A stretch of DNA of 64,000 nt from Mobula hypostoma (taxonomy: Eukaryota), in NCBI RefSeq assembly GCF_963921235.1, contig NC_086129.1, forward strand, positions 25,668,001-25,732,000, in the 5' to 3' direction. The translations under genes were made by a program, and so were the position numbers. Shown in pieces: positions 1-12,150 of the stretch. The notes under the pieces were generated by a model that was not told where the DNA came from, did not search any database, and worked only from the letters and a program-made list of their open reading frames with translations. The first letter of the stretch is position 1, and each line of letters starts with the position of its first letter.

Positions 1-829
1 AACCCAGGCCCCATGGAATATTTCCTGCCAGATTGTTTCTGCATTTATCAAGATTCAATGATAGTGACATCACAGTGCAGGTTTAACATTGATAATAATG
101 TGTTTATTTTCAATGGTTTGACTTGCTACATTTTCTCTCTTTTTATTTGGACGCTATGATGCAACCTCATTCCACACTCTTGTACTACAAGAGGAACACC
201 CAAATAGCAGTAGTCAGATACTGAAATCCTGATTGCTTTAAATTGTTTTGGCCTAGATGATATCACACCAATTGCAACACCCTACTGAGCTCAGGAAAGA
301 TCATGGATTGAACCTGCTCTGTATGATCCAATTATACACTGAACAATATGTCCATAGACAGGCTTACTTGATACTTCTCTGTATTTTGTTGCTAGTTGGT
401 GAACCTTGTCAGGCTATTAGGTGACACAGAATCAACGTGGATTTTCAAACCAGTGGGTTTCAGTCTTAAATGATTTTGCAATCATTTATTTCCTATATAA
501 AATTGCAAATTTACTCAATTCAATTTAACATTTATTGTGGCCATGTGACCATAAGGCATAGAAGCAGAAATATGCCATACCATCATGGCTGATTTATTAT
601 CACACTAGGATTTGAACTCAAGATCCCCGAGTTGGTTTTCTAATTAACTACTCACTACCACACCCTCAGTAACAACAATTAATTTGGCAGCAGTGAACAT
701 AGCTCTTGGTTAAACAGAAATCAACCTCCACCTTCACCGTTACTCAAACAGGAAACAGAATTTCCGAAACCTATTCCTTTACAAGGGCAACTGGTTAAAG
801 GATATATTATCACTTCTGAGCCCTACTAA

Positions 830-985
830 ATTGGAAATTGGCATTGTTCTTTCCTAGTTATTGGGTCAAAATCTTGGAAACCTTCCCTAGTACTTCAGAT
901 TACGGCAAAAGTGCGCAGTGGCTCACCATCATCTTAAAGCAGCTGGAAATTGACAATAAATGCTAGCCTTGCCAGTGACACCCAA
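830..985 (+). mobile_element. Old LINE 3' end fragment
   Basis: gggtcaaaatcttggaa...caataaatgctagccttgccagtgacaccc. Related tail at about 37075-37125 and, inverted, at about 35125-35185. Confidence 0.5.
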
Positions 986-1444
986 GTCTCCCAAATTAAT
1001 TAAATAAATAACCCTTTTCAAATTGTGAACTACACTAAATAATAAATTTGAACATCTACCTTCATTATTTAGAATATCTATTTTTAGTCTTTACTTTTCT
1101 TTCCAGCAACATTAAAGTAGTTGGTTTTCAGCAAGAGAGTGCTAATCATCCAGATATGAGAAATCACTGAAGCATCCCTTTATCTGAAATGGTTGCACAT
1201 TTTAGCAGCAAAAGGTTCACTGGTAATTTTGAGTTCTTATTTGAGTGGGTATTGCATTTCACTCTCCATTGAAGATAAAATGAAAGAGATAAACTTACAG
1301 GCATTGTCCATGGCACAAGTGTGACATTTCAGATGGAATGGATTCAACGAGTAATTGCAACCGATTCATTTAGGCATTCAACCTCCTGCCAGGCACCAGT
1401 AAAACTTTTCCATTTACAGTTACAATCACCCTTGTGTTACTCAC

Positions 1445-1468
1445 CAGTAAGTAATTTCCACATCCTTT
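1445..1468 (-). CDS. Candidate 24-nt alternative microexon in the Ig3-Ig4 linker (ERMWKLLT)
   Basis: ttttttcactgttctag|AAAGGATGTGGAAATTACTTACTG|gtgagtaac. Length divisible by 3, phase 1-1, no stop codon. No transcript evidence. Confidence 0.55.
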
Positions 1469-1744
1469 CTAGAACAGTGAAAAAATTCAACATTATGGGA
1501 CACAGTGAGTGGTACGTAATCATGATAATTATTGGTAAATGTTCACCATTTAAATTACAAACAAACAAAAGAATTAGAAAAGAATGATTGTTTTAAAGCT
1601 AATTTCAATGAAAATCAACACTAAGCAAGTTGGAAAATTGTGTCATTGGCTTACTCCTCACCACTATATGGTCATAATCAGAACTTCTGACTCCCATGAA
1701 AGGTGATTCCATCAGTCGTCCTTGGTATCTTGCCCAATTCATGG

Positions 1745-2035
1745 TCATAGAATTTTATAGTACAGAAATGGGCCATTTGGCCTTCTAAGTCTGTGCTGAC
1801 CATCAGCCACTCATACACACGAAATCTACATTAATCCCATTTTTCTTTATTCCCCCAAATTCTCCCACTCACCTACACACAAGGGACAATTTATCATGGC
1901 CAATTAAACTTGACATAAGTTGGAGTACCAACTGGAAACCCACTTGATCTATATAAAGAGAATCAGAGGTCAGGACTGAACCTGGATCACTGGAGATATG
2001 AGGCAGAAGATCTATAGGCTGTACACTGGGCTGCC
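1745..2035 (-). mobile_element. Degenerate tRNA-derived (V-SINE/HE1-like) SINE
   Basis: Layout similar to copies at 26150-26480 and 32345-32810, with a CR1-like tail. Confidence 0.5.
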
Positions 2036-2550
2036 CACTTGGGAGTTTTTTTTTCATATTTTCTTTGCTTGGAACTTATTGAATCTGCAGAAAAATCTGT
2101 TTCGCACCAGAGCCACCCTGCCTTATAGCTTCTACAATTCTCCACTCTCCAATTCTGGCATACAAAGAAAAGCAAGTTCTCTCCATAACGCATGCTGCTT
2201 CATGACCCTGGAATGCAGCCTGATTGCTCCTGCAATGAGTGTTTGTAGGAGTAGTCAGTCCTAATCCCAACCCTAATTTTGCAAGGATAGAGTTAGATTT
2301 CATTGTGATACCCTATCAGGGATTAAACTGGCAACTGTCACTCACTGTAAAGACTCTCAAATCAATAGTCAAAAATCCATCAGTCATTAATCAACACATT
2401 CAAGTCTAATCTACACGTTTCCTTGCCTTGCATCAGTGATAAGATGCTGCCACAAAGGTTGAATGATGGAATCACCCCTCCGTGCAACAGAAGTATTTCA
2501 CTAAATATATACATATTTTCAGTTCAGAAAAATCATCCAGAGATCCTTAC

Positions 2551-2678
2551 CATGCACAGTCAGAGTGCCCGAGAATTCAACGTTACCCACAGTGTTTTCT
2601 GCAATACAGGTGTATGTCCCCTCATCCTCGCTGCTAACCTGTACCAGCCGCAAGCTGTTGTCAGGCTGAATCTCAAAT
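2551..2678 (-). CDS. ROBO3: ROBO3-like coding exon, second half of Ig3, 128 bp
   Basis: Not in the ORF track; reads (R)[42 protein letters not shown] with the DxGxYxC Ig motif. Acceptor tctctttcag, donor gtaagg, phase 2 to 1. Confidence 0.93.
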
Positions 2679-3112
2679 CTGAAAGAGACAGAAAAACTTT
2701 TTTAGTTCATTGTATACCCTGGTGCAAAATAAGAGTTACTCACACTGTTCACTGAATTGAAGTACTCACTTCAAGTGACCTTGCCTTGTGTGATATTGTA
2801 AAAAGGCCATTCGTGAATCAGCAACCGACATTACATCTCTCCTGCATTTTATTTCTATTGAGCTAATGCAGATATAAAATAGACTACTGGTCTACTGTTA
2901 CTCATTTTGCATCATCACACAAAGCCCAAGTGACTCATACGCTTATTTCTTTGTTTTCTCCCTCTTCTGTTTTGAATGTGCTCATTCATAGAGTCATAGA
3001 TGTAAACAGCACACAGACCCTTCAGCCCAACCCATCCATGCTGACCAATTGCCTACCAGAGCTAGTCTCATCTGCCTGCATATGTCCTATATCCCTCTAA
3101 TCCAGGGATAAA

Positions 3113-3455
3113 AACATAGAAAACCTATGGCACAATACAGGCCCTTCGGCCCACAAAGCTTTCCCGAACATGTCCTCAACTGAGAAATTACCTAGGGTTA
3201 CCCATAGCCCTTTATTTTTCTGACCACCACCTGTCCAGGAGTCTCTTAAAATACCCGATTGTATCCACCTCCACCACCATCGCCGGCAACCCATTCCACG
3301 CACTCACCACTCTCTGAGTAAAAAAACTTATCCCTGACATCCCCTCTGTACCTACTTCCAAGCACCTTAAAACTATGCCCTCTCATGCTAGCCATTTCAG
3401 CCCTGGGGAAAAAGCCTCTGACTATCCACACAATCAATGCCTCTCATCATCTTAT
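3113..3455 (-). mobile_element. CR1 LINE 3' fragment
   Basis: Minus-strand FFPRAEMASMRGHSFKVLGSRYRGDVRDKFF (CR1 ORF2 C-terminus), then 3' UTR and tttctatg tail. Confidence 0.85.
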
Positions 3456-4076
3456 TGTGCTATGGACCCCTATCATTAACCGAGGGGTCCATGAACCCCA
3501 GGTTGGAAACCTCTGTTCTAATCCTTTCCTATCCATGTACCTGTCCCAACTGTGTTTTAACTGTTGTAATTACGCCCACTTCAAATGTTCCCTCAGTCAG
3601 AGTAAAGATTCTCAGTCCCACCCATCAGGTCCAGGTATCCATCTCATACATTGGATATCAACTGTTATGCCTGAAAGAAGGAACACATAAAAGCAGATCC
3701 TGAACCAAACGTCCCATTGGGTGGCTGGAATAAGATAATTGGTCCTGCTTTTACTTCCATCTCTCTGGGGTGCTGAGGAACTAATGCCACTTCGTTTACT
3801 GAGAAAGGTCAACCCAAACGGGAGGGGACCACCCTATGGATAAATATACTAAGATCATAAAACAATGTTTTTTGGTTCACTTCCCAAGAACCAGTGTACC
3901 TTAAGACCTCTTCTGATGAGTGCATTAAATTCTGAGATAGTTCTTAACGTATTTCATTCCAATGAAGGACATGGCACTAAACTGCAATGGGGCAAGCTGG
4001 TTAGTTGGATCTTCACTGGCATCTTCTTAGCTGAACAGAAAAATACATTGAAGACTCTAATACTTTAACTACATAC

Positions 4077-4215
4077 CTTTCCCGTGGCAGCTCGCCCTCC
4101 TCCTTGCGCCAGCGGGTGGTCGGCACGGGGTCGCCATGCACCTCGCAATGAAAGTCCACGGTGTCAGCTGCCAGAACCACCTGGTTTACAGGACGCTTGA
4201 TGAAGGTTGGCCGTT
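4077..4215 (-). CDS. ROBO3: ROBO3-like coding exon, first half of Ig3, 139 bp
   Basis: (E)[45 protein letters not shown](R). Acceptor cctgcag, donor gtatgt, phase 1 to 2. [16 protein letters not shown] and [10 protein letters not shown] fit ROBO3 better than ROBO2 (INQVVLEE, CQVQGDP, KKDDADLP). Confidence 0.93.
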
Positions 4216-4689
4216 CTGCAGGATTATGACGGGGCAAGGTGACGAGACCGCAATGAAAATTACAACCAGATAAGTCACTTCCCAGGCAATGCACTGCCAT
4301 TTGGAGGAAGTTTGCTCATGCATTTTTGGCAACTCTTTTGTGAGGCTTTTGCAGGGTAGAGTAAGCTGGTAGATGCTCCCTCATACTGCCAATTTCTGAC
4401 CATCACTCTGCTCTTTACATTCATAGAATCACAGAATTATAAAAATCCATGGCACAGAAAGGGGCCATTCAGCCCCGTTTCATAGCAGCTGTCTAACCTG
4501 ATCCCAATTCATAGCCCTTGGCGACAACTCTTGCAACTTATAGCGCATCAGGTTCTAAACTGGACATGTATTGGATGTCCTGAGCTTTTCTGGCAATATT
4601 ATCCTTTCTGACTGAGTAAACCAGACCCCATTAACACCTCTCCAGGCTTCGTCCTAATAAATGAAATCTCTATCCTCTGTGCACGTTTG

Positions 4690-5497
4690 CTCTGGGCTCT
4701 GAAATTAGCTCATCTCTGCCCAGGGAAAGCTGGTGTTGGAGGAACAGGGTTCATGTCCACTAGTGACAGGTGATTCCTGGTGACACCCCAGGAGCACTGA
4801 AACAATGAGCACCAACATGGCCACCATTAAACTGACATTCACGTCAGTGCACCGGTACTCCTTGTGGGTGGAGACTGGAGGATAAAGGGTGGTACTCTGG
4901 CCACTTTCCAATGTTTGGTCATTGTTGGAGCAGACTTGGAGGTGACTTGAAGTAGCAGAAACGAGGCAAGGTGAGCCGAGGCGGTGGGGCCCCCAGCCCA
5001 TGAGTGAGGAATGATCTGCTGTTTGGCTGATTTCGATGCTGGGTCAGATTGAAAATGTCGGGTACAGGTTAAATTAAGGCACCAGGGTCCGAGTCTGAGA
5101 GTGAAGAACGAGCCGAGGTTTGGTTGATTTAAGTGCCAGGTCAGGCTGTAAAGGTCAGGGTGTCGGGGCTGGAGGAGAGGGACGGGCCAGTGTTCAGCTT
5201 GCTGCTTCGCGAGGTCTGTGCTCAACTGAGGCTGTGGCCTGCAACTAATAGGCTCCTGAATCGGCTGCAGTGATGACTGGCTCCGTGGCTGCGGACTCAC
5301 TTTTCTGAACTTCAGTTCAGATTGCTATTTGCTTACTTTTATTGTTTGCACAATTGTTTCTTTTTCTGCACATTGGGTGCTCGCTTTTTTAAGAATGTGT
5401 TCTATTGTGTTTCTTTGTTTTGTGGCTGCCTATAAGGAGATGAATCTCAAGGTTGTGTATAGTATACATACATTGATAATAAATGTACTTTGAGTTT
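4690..5497 (+). mobile_element. Non-autonomous retroelement with GC-rich body and LINE-like 3' tail
   Basis: The 3' end (gaatctcaaggttgtgtat...aataaatgtactttga) matches the Rex-type LINE tails at 10780-10840 and 49518-49583. 5' boundary uncertain. Confidence 0.55.
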
Positions 5498-6915
5498 TGT
5501 ATGACTGAGCCCAACTCCAGCAGCCCTGATAATAGTATCTTGACCCAAAACATCGACTTACACCTTTTGCCTCGTCAGATGCTTCTCGAGTTCTTCCACT
5601 GTTCTGTTTCAGTTCCAGATTCCTGCACTGCAGCCTCTTTTGTCTGTCTCCAGTGGCCCACCACTATCTCAGCTGAGATGCTTACCACATGGTCTCAGTT
5701 CAGCTAGTCTTATTACCACACGAGGTAAGGAATTTTCCATCCTGACACACTGGGAACCCATGAGCTTTTCCTCAAAACTATACTCGACGTTTTTTCTCTC
5801 CACAGCATTGTTTCCCCTCACATCTCATGTCCTCCCATATTGAAAATGTTCAACCTTTGATGTCATCTAGTTCCATATGCTAATAACACTCAACACTAAA
5901 ATCCTATATTTATGTTGCTGTGCAGATGATGAGCACTATTAACTACATGAACTATCACACCCACTCCCAATCTTCCCAGGTGAAATATTATCATTGCTTG
6001 ATAGGAAGAGAAAAGGGAAGCCATCACTTTGAATGTGAAACCTTTCTATCCAATATCTGACAGGTCCAGCTAGTTACAGGATGTACAGTTTATCAAGTTA
6101 GGGATGGAAAATGGAATGGTTCACTTGACTTCAGAGTCCTGGGGGATGGGAATGCTGCCCAGGGTCCTCTTCACCGTACCATGCCCACATGAGGAAGTGC
6201 ACCATCCTCGCACAGCACCCAGCTGGTTAAACACAGATCTACATTAGGGTCCCTGGGGCTTCAAGTTCTGCCCAGGGAACAGTGAGGGCAAATAACCATC
6301 CTTTGCAGATGGACAAAGGACAGTATATAACATAGGGAGAAAGGGTACTGGGTAAAATAGAAAATTGTTATATCCCCCTTCTGCATAGCCAAATAAACTT
6401 ACAGCAGTCATTGGAAAGGGGGTAAGGTCTTGAACAATGTCCACTTTTTAGTCATGAGTCACAACATTTACCCAAGAAAGGAAAGACAGAAGACAATAAC
6501 TATAGAGAAACAAAAATTTAAAGTAAAACCTAATGGTTTTGATAAACCTGGTGAGTGAGCAGAGCAAGTCATTAACTTTGTTTACATCGGGCTTCCTCTC
6601 AAATGCACAGTGTTAGTGAGGCCTTGAGACTTACAAATAAACTTGCTCGGCGATTGGCTTCAAATGCCAAATGTCTGGATTATGGAGAGCAAGAGTTGCT
6701 GTTCACAGCAGCCGTTCTCCACTTAGCTGAATAGATGACCACCACCGAAGACCTAAAACAACTCATTTTTGCAGTCTTTATCTTTGGGACTGTACATTCA
6801 GCTGGTGCAGTGGGAGACAAAGCAACACTGACCGAGTTTGGGGAGTAATCCCTTACTATCTCTCTATCCTGTGTTGAGAAGATAAAGCAACACAATTCAC
6901 GAAAATGTCACTTAC

Positions 6916-7036
6916 CAAAAACAACCAGGTCTGCCGGCTCACTGTCCCTTTCACCCACCATGTTGGTGGCCACACAGACGTACATGCCAGCATCGGACTT
7001 CCTCGTGTTTGAAATCATCAGCTTTCCCCCTCGGAT
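6916..7036 (-). CDS. ROBO3: ROBO3-like coding exon, second half of Ig2, 121 bp
   Basis: Not in the ORF track; read manually as [40 protein letters not shown](E). Acceptor ttcttttctag, donor gtaagt, phase 0 to 1, in frame with both neighbours. Confidence 0.93.
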
Positions 7037-7544
7037 CTAGAAAAGAAGGCAGTGTCAATATATTCCAATGCTGACTACGCCCATGAGAAATACAAAATAC
7101 CCCAAGAATATATGAGCAAAGAAGATGTGTTTCTTATTCGATGATAAATCCAGTGCTGTCATTTTGTTGCAGGTGGGATATATAAGGAAGTGGTACACTG
7201 AGAAGGTAAAGTATTGCAATCTACCCTCAGATGTGAAGAATATGCTGCAGAATGGTTTAGTAAGACTACATATGGGTTACTGCAACATGTCCCTCACGAA
7301 GGGATCCAAAGTATGGCCTTTGTTAATCTGCAGTATAGGAATGGAACAAAGAGAATGGGATGGGATCAGGTGAAAGACAAATCCTTTAATGGCATCTTCG
7401 AAATATTTTTGAAGTTTAATCCCAGGAGAATAACAGTTCGTATGCCTAAAGTTTAAAGTTTAAAAGTGCAATTCACTATGCCGAAATCCAGCACCACCTG
7501 TCCGTTCCCTCCCATCCCAAATGTTCTGCGATGTCACTACTCAC

Positions 7545-7702
7545 TGTGATCCGCTCCTCTTTGTCGTTGATGCGCACATTGTTTTTCTTCCAGGAGATGG
7601 TTGGCTCTGGATGCCCTCTTGGTGGGAGGCACTCCATCACAGCGGGTTCCCCTGCCGCCACCACAACATCGCTGGGCGCTTGGCGGAAATCGTCACGTAG
7701 GA
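7545..7702 (-). CDS. ROBO3: Roundabout receptor (ROBO3-like) coding exon, first half of Ig2, 158 bp
   Basis: Translates (V)[52 protein letters not shown]. Acceptor ...ctccctag, donor gtgagt, phase 1 in and phase 0 out. Typical ROBO Ig2 sequence; the paralog call rests mainly on the Ig3 exons. Confidence 0.93.
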
Positions 7703-8093
7703 CTAGGGAGGGACAAGGGAGAAAACTGCCTTCAGCCAAAGGACAACAGTTTCAGTGGAGAAATGGAAACAAGGAGAAATTTCTTCACTTCTTGGAGGAT
7801 TGGGGAGTTTTGAAATTTTTTGACTCAGATGGATGTGTTGTCATTGAGAATATTCAGTAAGATAGATTTCTTTACTGTGTGGGAATCAAGGATTATAAGA
7901 AATGGGCCATGTTGAGGACAAAGATCAGGCCAACATCATCCTATTCAATCGTGGAATAAACTCAGGACCACATGTACTACTCTACTTTTGCTCCCCCTTC
8001 TTATGCTCCTGTGACCTTGAAAAGAAACACAAAAGGTCACACCACGTGGTCTGCCCAAGAACTGCTGACTGCTGCCACCTGGACATGCATATA

Positions 8094-8424
8094 CGAGGGG
8101 TGATTGATAATTTTGTGGCCCGAGTTATTAGCTTCAAACTTTCTGCATAATCACTCAAAGAGTTGAACTGCACGTACATGTAACAAGAGCCATATAACTC
8201 ATCTCCTTCTACCTTAGGCCACGAACTTATCAATCACCCCTGCTATGGAACCATCTTCTGAAGGTCCAAGACACCGACTTCGACAAAGAAGGGATCCATA
8301 TGCTCCACGACCGCTGGACTAAATGTGTAAATGTAGGAGGGGATTATGTTGAAAAATAAATGTGCTAGGTTTTCTAAAATCGACTCCTTCTACCTTAAGC
8401 CACAAACTTATCAATCACCCCTCA
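8094..8424 (+). mobile_element. Mariner-derived non-autonomous DNA transposon
   Basis: TA|cgaggggtgattgataa ... ttatcaatcacccctca|TA. Internal KEGIHMLHDRWTKCVNVGGDYVEK* (about 8286-8359) resembles a mariner transposase C-terminus. Extra internal TIR copy at about 8205-8241. Confidence 0.85.
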
Positions 8425-8519
8425 TATGGTAACCTACACTATGCTCATGAATAACTTTGGCAAATAAGTAATTTTGACAGCTTCCCATCAGCACAATTAC
8501 AATTTAATATAAGGGCATT

Positions 8520-9140
8520 CAGACAGAATCAGAGTAATAAAGTTGTGGTAATATGCTGAGGATTATAAAGAAACCAGAAGTGAACTCAAGAGGGGTATCA
8601 GGAGAGCCTGGAAAAGTAGGCAAGTAGGATAAAAGAGAATCCAAAGGCTTTCTCCATACATGAAGAGCAAAAGGATAAGTAGGGAGAGTAGGACCCCTCA
8701 AGGATAAAGAGGGGAACACTTGCTTGGAGGCAGACGCAGTGGATGAGGTCCTAAATGAGTACTTTGTATTTAGCAAGGAGGACGTGGAGGACGGGGAGAT
8801 CAGTGCTAATATGCTAAGGCAATTCCAGATTTTAAAAAAAAAGGTAATGATAGGACTCTTAAAGAACATTAAGTACACAGGGCCTGATGGGATTTATGCC
8901 AGGTTTTTGAGAAAGGCAAGAGATGAGATTGCTTGGGCCTTGATCAATATCTTTGTGCCCTCTATTGTCACAGGCAAGATACTGGAAAATTGGTGAGAGT
9001 AGCAAATATTCCATTATTCAAGAAGGGATAATCCTGGAAACTACAAACTGGTGAGTCACACGTCAGCAGTATGAAAGTTACTGGAGAGGATTATTAGGGA
9101 AAGGATTTATGAACATTTGGAAAACCATGGGTTAGGGAGT
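8520..9140 (+). mobile_element. CR1 LINE internal ORF2 fragment, degraded
   Basis: DEVLNEYF...GPDGIYARFLRKARDEIAWALINIF and NPGNYKLVS motifs. Confidence 0.85.
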
Positions 9141-9454
9141 CAGGAATCATGGATTTATATGAATATAGCAGATATTGATTCAAATGAAAAGCAGTCTTTA
9201 GTTCTTAATGTAAATTGCAAGCAGTAATCAGTTTGAAGCTAAAAGGACAGCTTTGCAAACAAAGAGTACTGACTACAGGCCAGACACATATTGTCACTTA
9301 TCAAACATGGTCAAGGCATATTGTTCTATCAATAGTTGGGATACTTGTGTGCTCAGAGTCTTTAATTTTGAGTGCCTGGGATCTTTGTCCCCAGAAACCT
9401 TTAGACCGCCCTTGTGAATTACTTTGTCATAGCAAAGATGTTTGAACATTCAGA

Positions 9455-9606
9455 CACGAGGAAATCTGCAGATGCTGGAAATTCAAGCAACACACACAAA
9501 AAAATGCTGGTGCACCCAGCAGGCCAGGCAGCATCTATAGGAAGAGGTACAGTATAAATGCTGCCTGGCCTGCTGCGTTCACCAGCATTTTTTGTGTGTA
9601 CGTTGC
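9455..9606. mobile_element. Penelope-like fold-back element, ribozyme loop deleted
   Basis: Inverted arms cacacacaaaaaaatgctggtg..gcagcatctata / tataaatgctgcctggcctgctg..ttttttgtgtgt. Flanked by ttgaacattcaga (9442-9454) and ttgaacatccaga (9607-9619). Confidence 0.7.
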
Positions 9607-9829
9607 TTGAACATCCAGAGGCGTCTCCCATTGTAGACATATACATAGTTCAAAGGAAGCACTGTCAAGACTCAAAATATTTAAGCAAGTGATGTCATTG
9701 TAACTATTGAAAATTGTATTGCTTTCATGTTTGACCTTAAAGTTAGAAAATGTGATGTACTTTGATTTTGGGACATTCGACCATATATCACCAACTTCAG
9801 TGTCACTCTAGTGACTTAGATCAGAGTGG

Positions 9830-10841
9830 CACTGCGCTACTCGCTTCACACTTATGACTGTGAGGCTAAGCACAGATCCAATGCCATATTTAAGTTTGCT
9901 GACGATATCACTGTCATTGGCCAACTAAAAAGGTGGTGACAAATCAGCATATAGAAGAGAGACTGAAAATCCGGCCGAGTGGTGCCAAAACAACAACCTC
10001 TCACTTAGTCAACAGGACCAAGGAGCTGATGATTGGCTTTAGGAGGAGAAAACCAGAGGTCCACGAGCCAGTCCTCATCGGGGGATCAGAGGTGGAGGGG
10101 TTAGCAACTTTAAATTCCTCGGTGTTATCATTTCAGAGGATCTGTCCTGGGCCCAGCATGTAAGTGTAATTACGAAGAAAGCATGGCAGCATTTCTACTT
10201 CCTTGGGAGTTTGCGAAGGTTGGCATGATACCTAAGACTCTGACAAACGTCTATAGATGTGTAGTGGAGAGTATATTGACTGGTTGCATCACGGCCTGAT
10301 ATAGAAACACCAATGCCCTTGAATGTAAAAATTAGTGGATAAAGCCCAGTCCATTACAGGTAAAAAGCTTCCCCACCCCTGAGCACATCTACACGGAGCG
10401 CTGTCACAGGAAAGCAGCATCCATCATCAATGACTCCCACCATCCAAGCTATGCTCTCCTCTTGCTGCTGCCATCAGAAAGAAGGAACAGGAGCCTCAGG
10501 AGCTGCATCACCAGGTTCAGGAGCAGTTATCAACCCTCAACCATCAAGCTCTTGAACCAGTGGAGATAATTTCACTCAAATCACTGAACTGCTCCCTCAG
10601 CCTATGGCCTCACTTTCAAGGACTCCTTATCCCATGTTCTCGATACTTATTGCTTATTTATTATTACTATTTCTTTTTCTTTTGTATTTGCACATTGGTT
10701 GTTCGTCCATTCTGTTGGTGCAGTCTTTCAATAATTCTATTGTGTTTCTTGGATTAACTGTGTATACCTGCAAGAAAACCAATCTCACGGTTGTATACGG
10801 TGATATACATGTACTTTGATAATAAATTTACTTTGAACTTT
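9830..10841 (+). mobile_element. Rex1/Babar (L2-like) LINE 3' part, degraded
   Basis: KFADD at about 9892, RTKELMIGFRR, SLLPSGRR-like C-terminus and aataaatttactttgaacttt tail. Confidence 0.85.
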
Positions 10842-11924
10842 GGTGGAGGCAAATACAATAAATGTGTTCAAAAGGCCCTTAGATAGGCATATGAATGTAC
10901 AGGAAATAGAAGGATATGGACAATATGTAGGCAGAAGGGATTAGTTTAGTTGAGCACGTGATTGGCACAACATCGGGGAAGAGGAAGGCAGAGAAAGATG
11001 GTTGAATGTTCAAATCAGAATTGATGTCCTCCAGAAGCTAGAATGGACAGAAGCTAGAATGCATGCATAAGTATATCCAATATCCTTGTCTGATCTTTTT
11101 GTGCAAGATTCTTGCCTTTCATGTGTCACACAAAACCAATGGAATACACAAACCAAACCACAATCATGTCCCCTGAACTTCACCACAATTGTCTTCCTGG
11201 AGGCACTTTCTGCACAGTAACCTGCACAATTCTATAGAAGTGCCACAGCCACAATATATAAAAAGTAATGATTACATTCTATCAACATGATCTGACTAAA
11301 AAGAGCCTAATCAGCATCTACTAAGTAAATCCTGTATTTATTCAGTCCCAAGCAGTTCCATTAATGCTTGTAATGGCCCACATCACCCTTGATCTATGTA
11401 TGCATTAGTTCCTGTCTGAAACTGTACCAAATTATACCAGCTCATTTTTCCCTCCTTTAGTAATTCAATTTGGTTTCCACTGATCTGAATTAATGAATAT
11501 TCGCAGGCAGATAGATCGGAGACATGCCCATTACCCAAAGTAACATCTAACCCTGCAGTCAGTCAAAAAAACATTCAGAAAGCTAAAGTGGACTCATGGC
11601 TCCCAACCAGCATATATTACAGCAGCCTCGAAATATAGTAATTAATTAGATTCACAAGACATATTCTCAGTAGCTCCCTTGAGAGCTCTGGAAATGCTTT
11701 GGGGACAGTAGTATTATCAATTATTTTGTGGCCTTGTAGGATGAAGGGTACATAGCCAATGTTGCAATTGCTGCATCATCCAGGAAGCTCTCCACTCTGC
11801 TGATGTTTTATGCCATAAAGTAGTCACCACCAACAGTTTGCCTGAACAGTTTGTAAACTGCTTTCTTCCGAGTAGCATAACCAGAGGCAGCAGTGACAGA
11901 AGGAGGTGAAGAAGCATGCCACCA

Positions 11925-12150
11925 AACACACACCCGCTCCACACATACAGAGATGCAGGTGCGTAAAAACACACAATATATACAAACACATGTGTGTCAG
12001 AATCAGATTGAATATCACTGGCATATGTCGTGAAATCTGTTGTTACGTGGCATACACATACAAACATACGTGGGCACAGGTACATGCATGCACTTGGAAA
12101 CACATGGAGACACACACACACGTACCCATATGTAGTTGACCAACACACTA
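11925..12150 (+). repeat. Degenerate (CA/TA)-rich low-complexity tract
   Basis: Dispersed cacaca/catac runs, which explain the V/C-rich 218-aa ORF. Confidence 0.7.

Noticed and set aside
1-1440. ROBO Ig4 exon (PPQ..RPRDQ..)
   Set aside because: Not found by eye on the minus strand; presumably lies beyond the window start.
4705-5300. ORFs of 98 and 153 aa
   Set aside because: Antisense to a GC-rich non-autonomous repeat; no recognisable protein.
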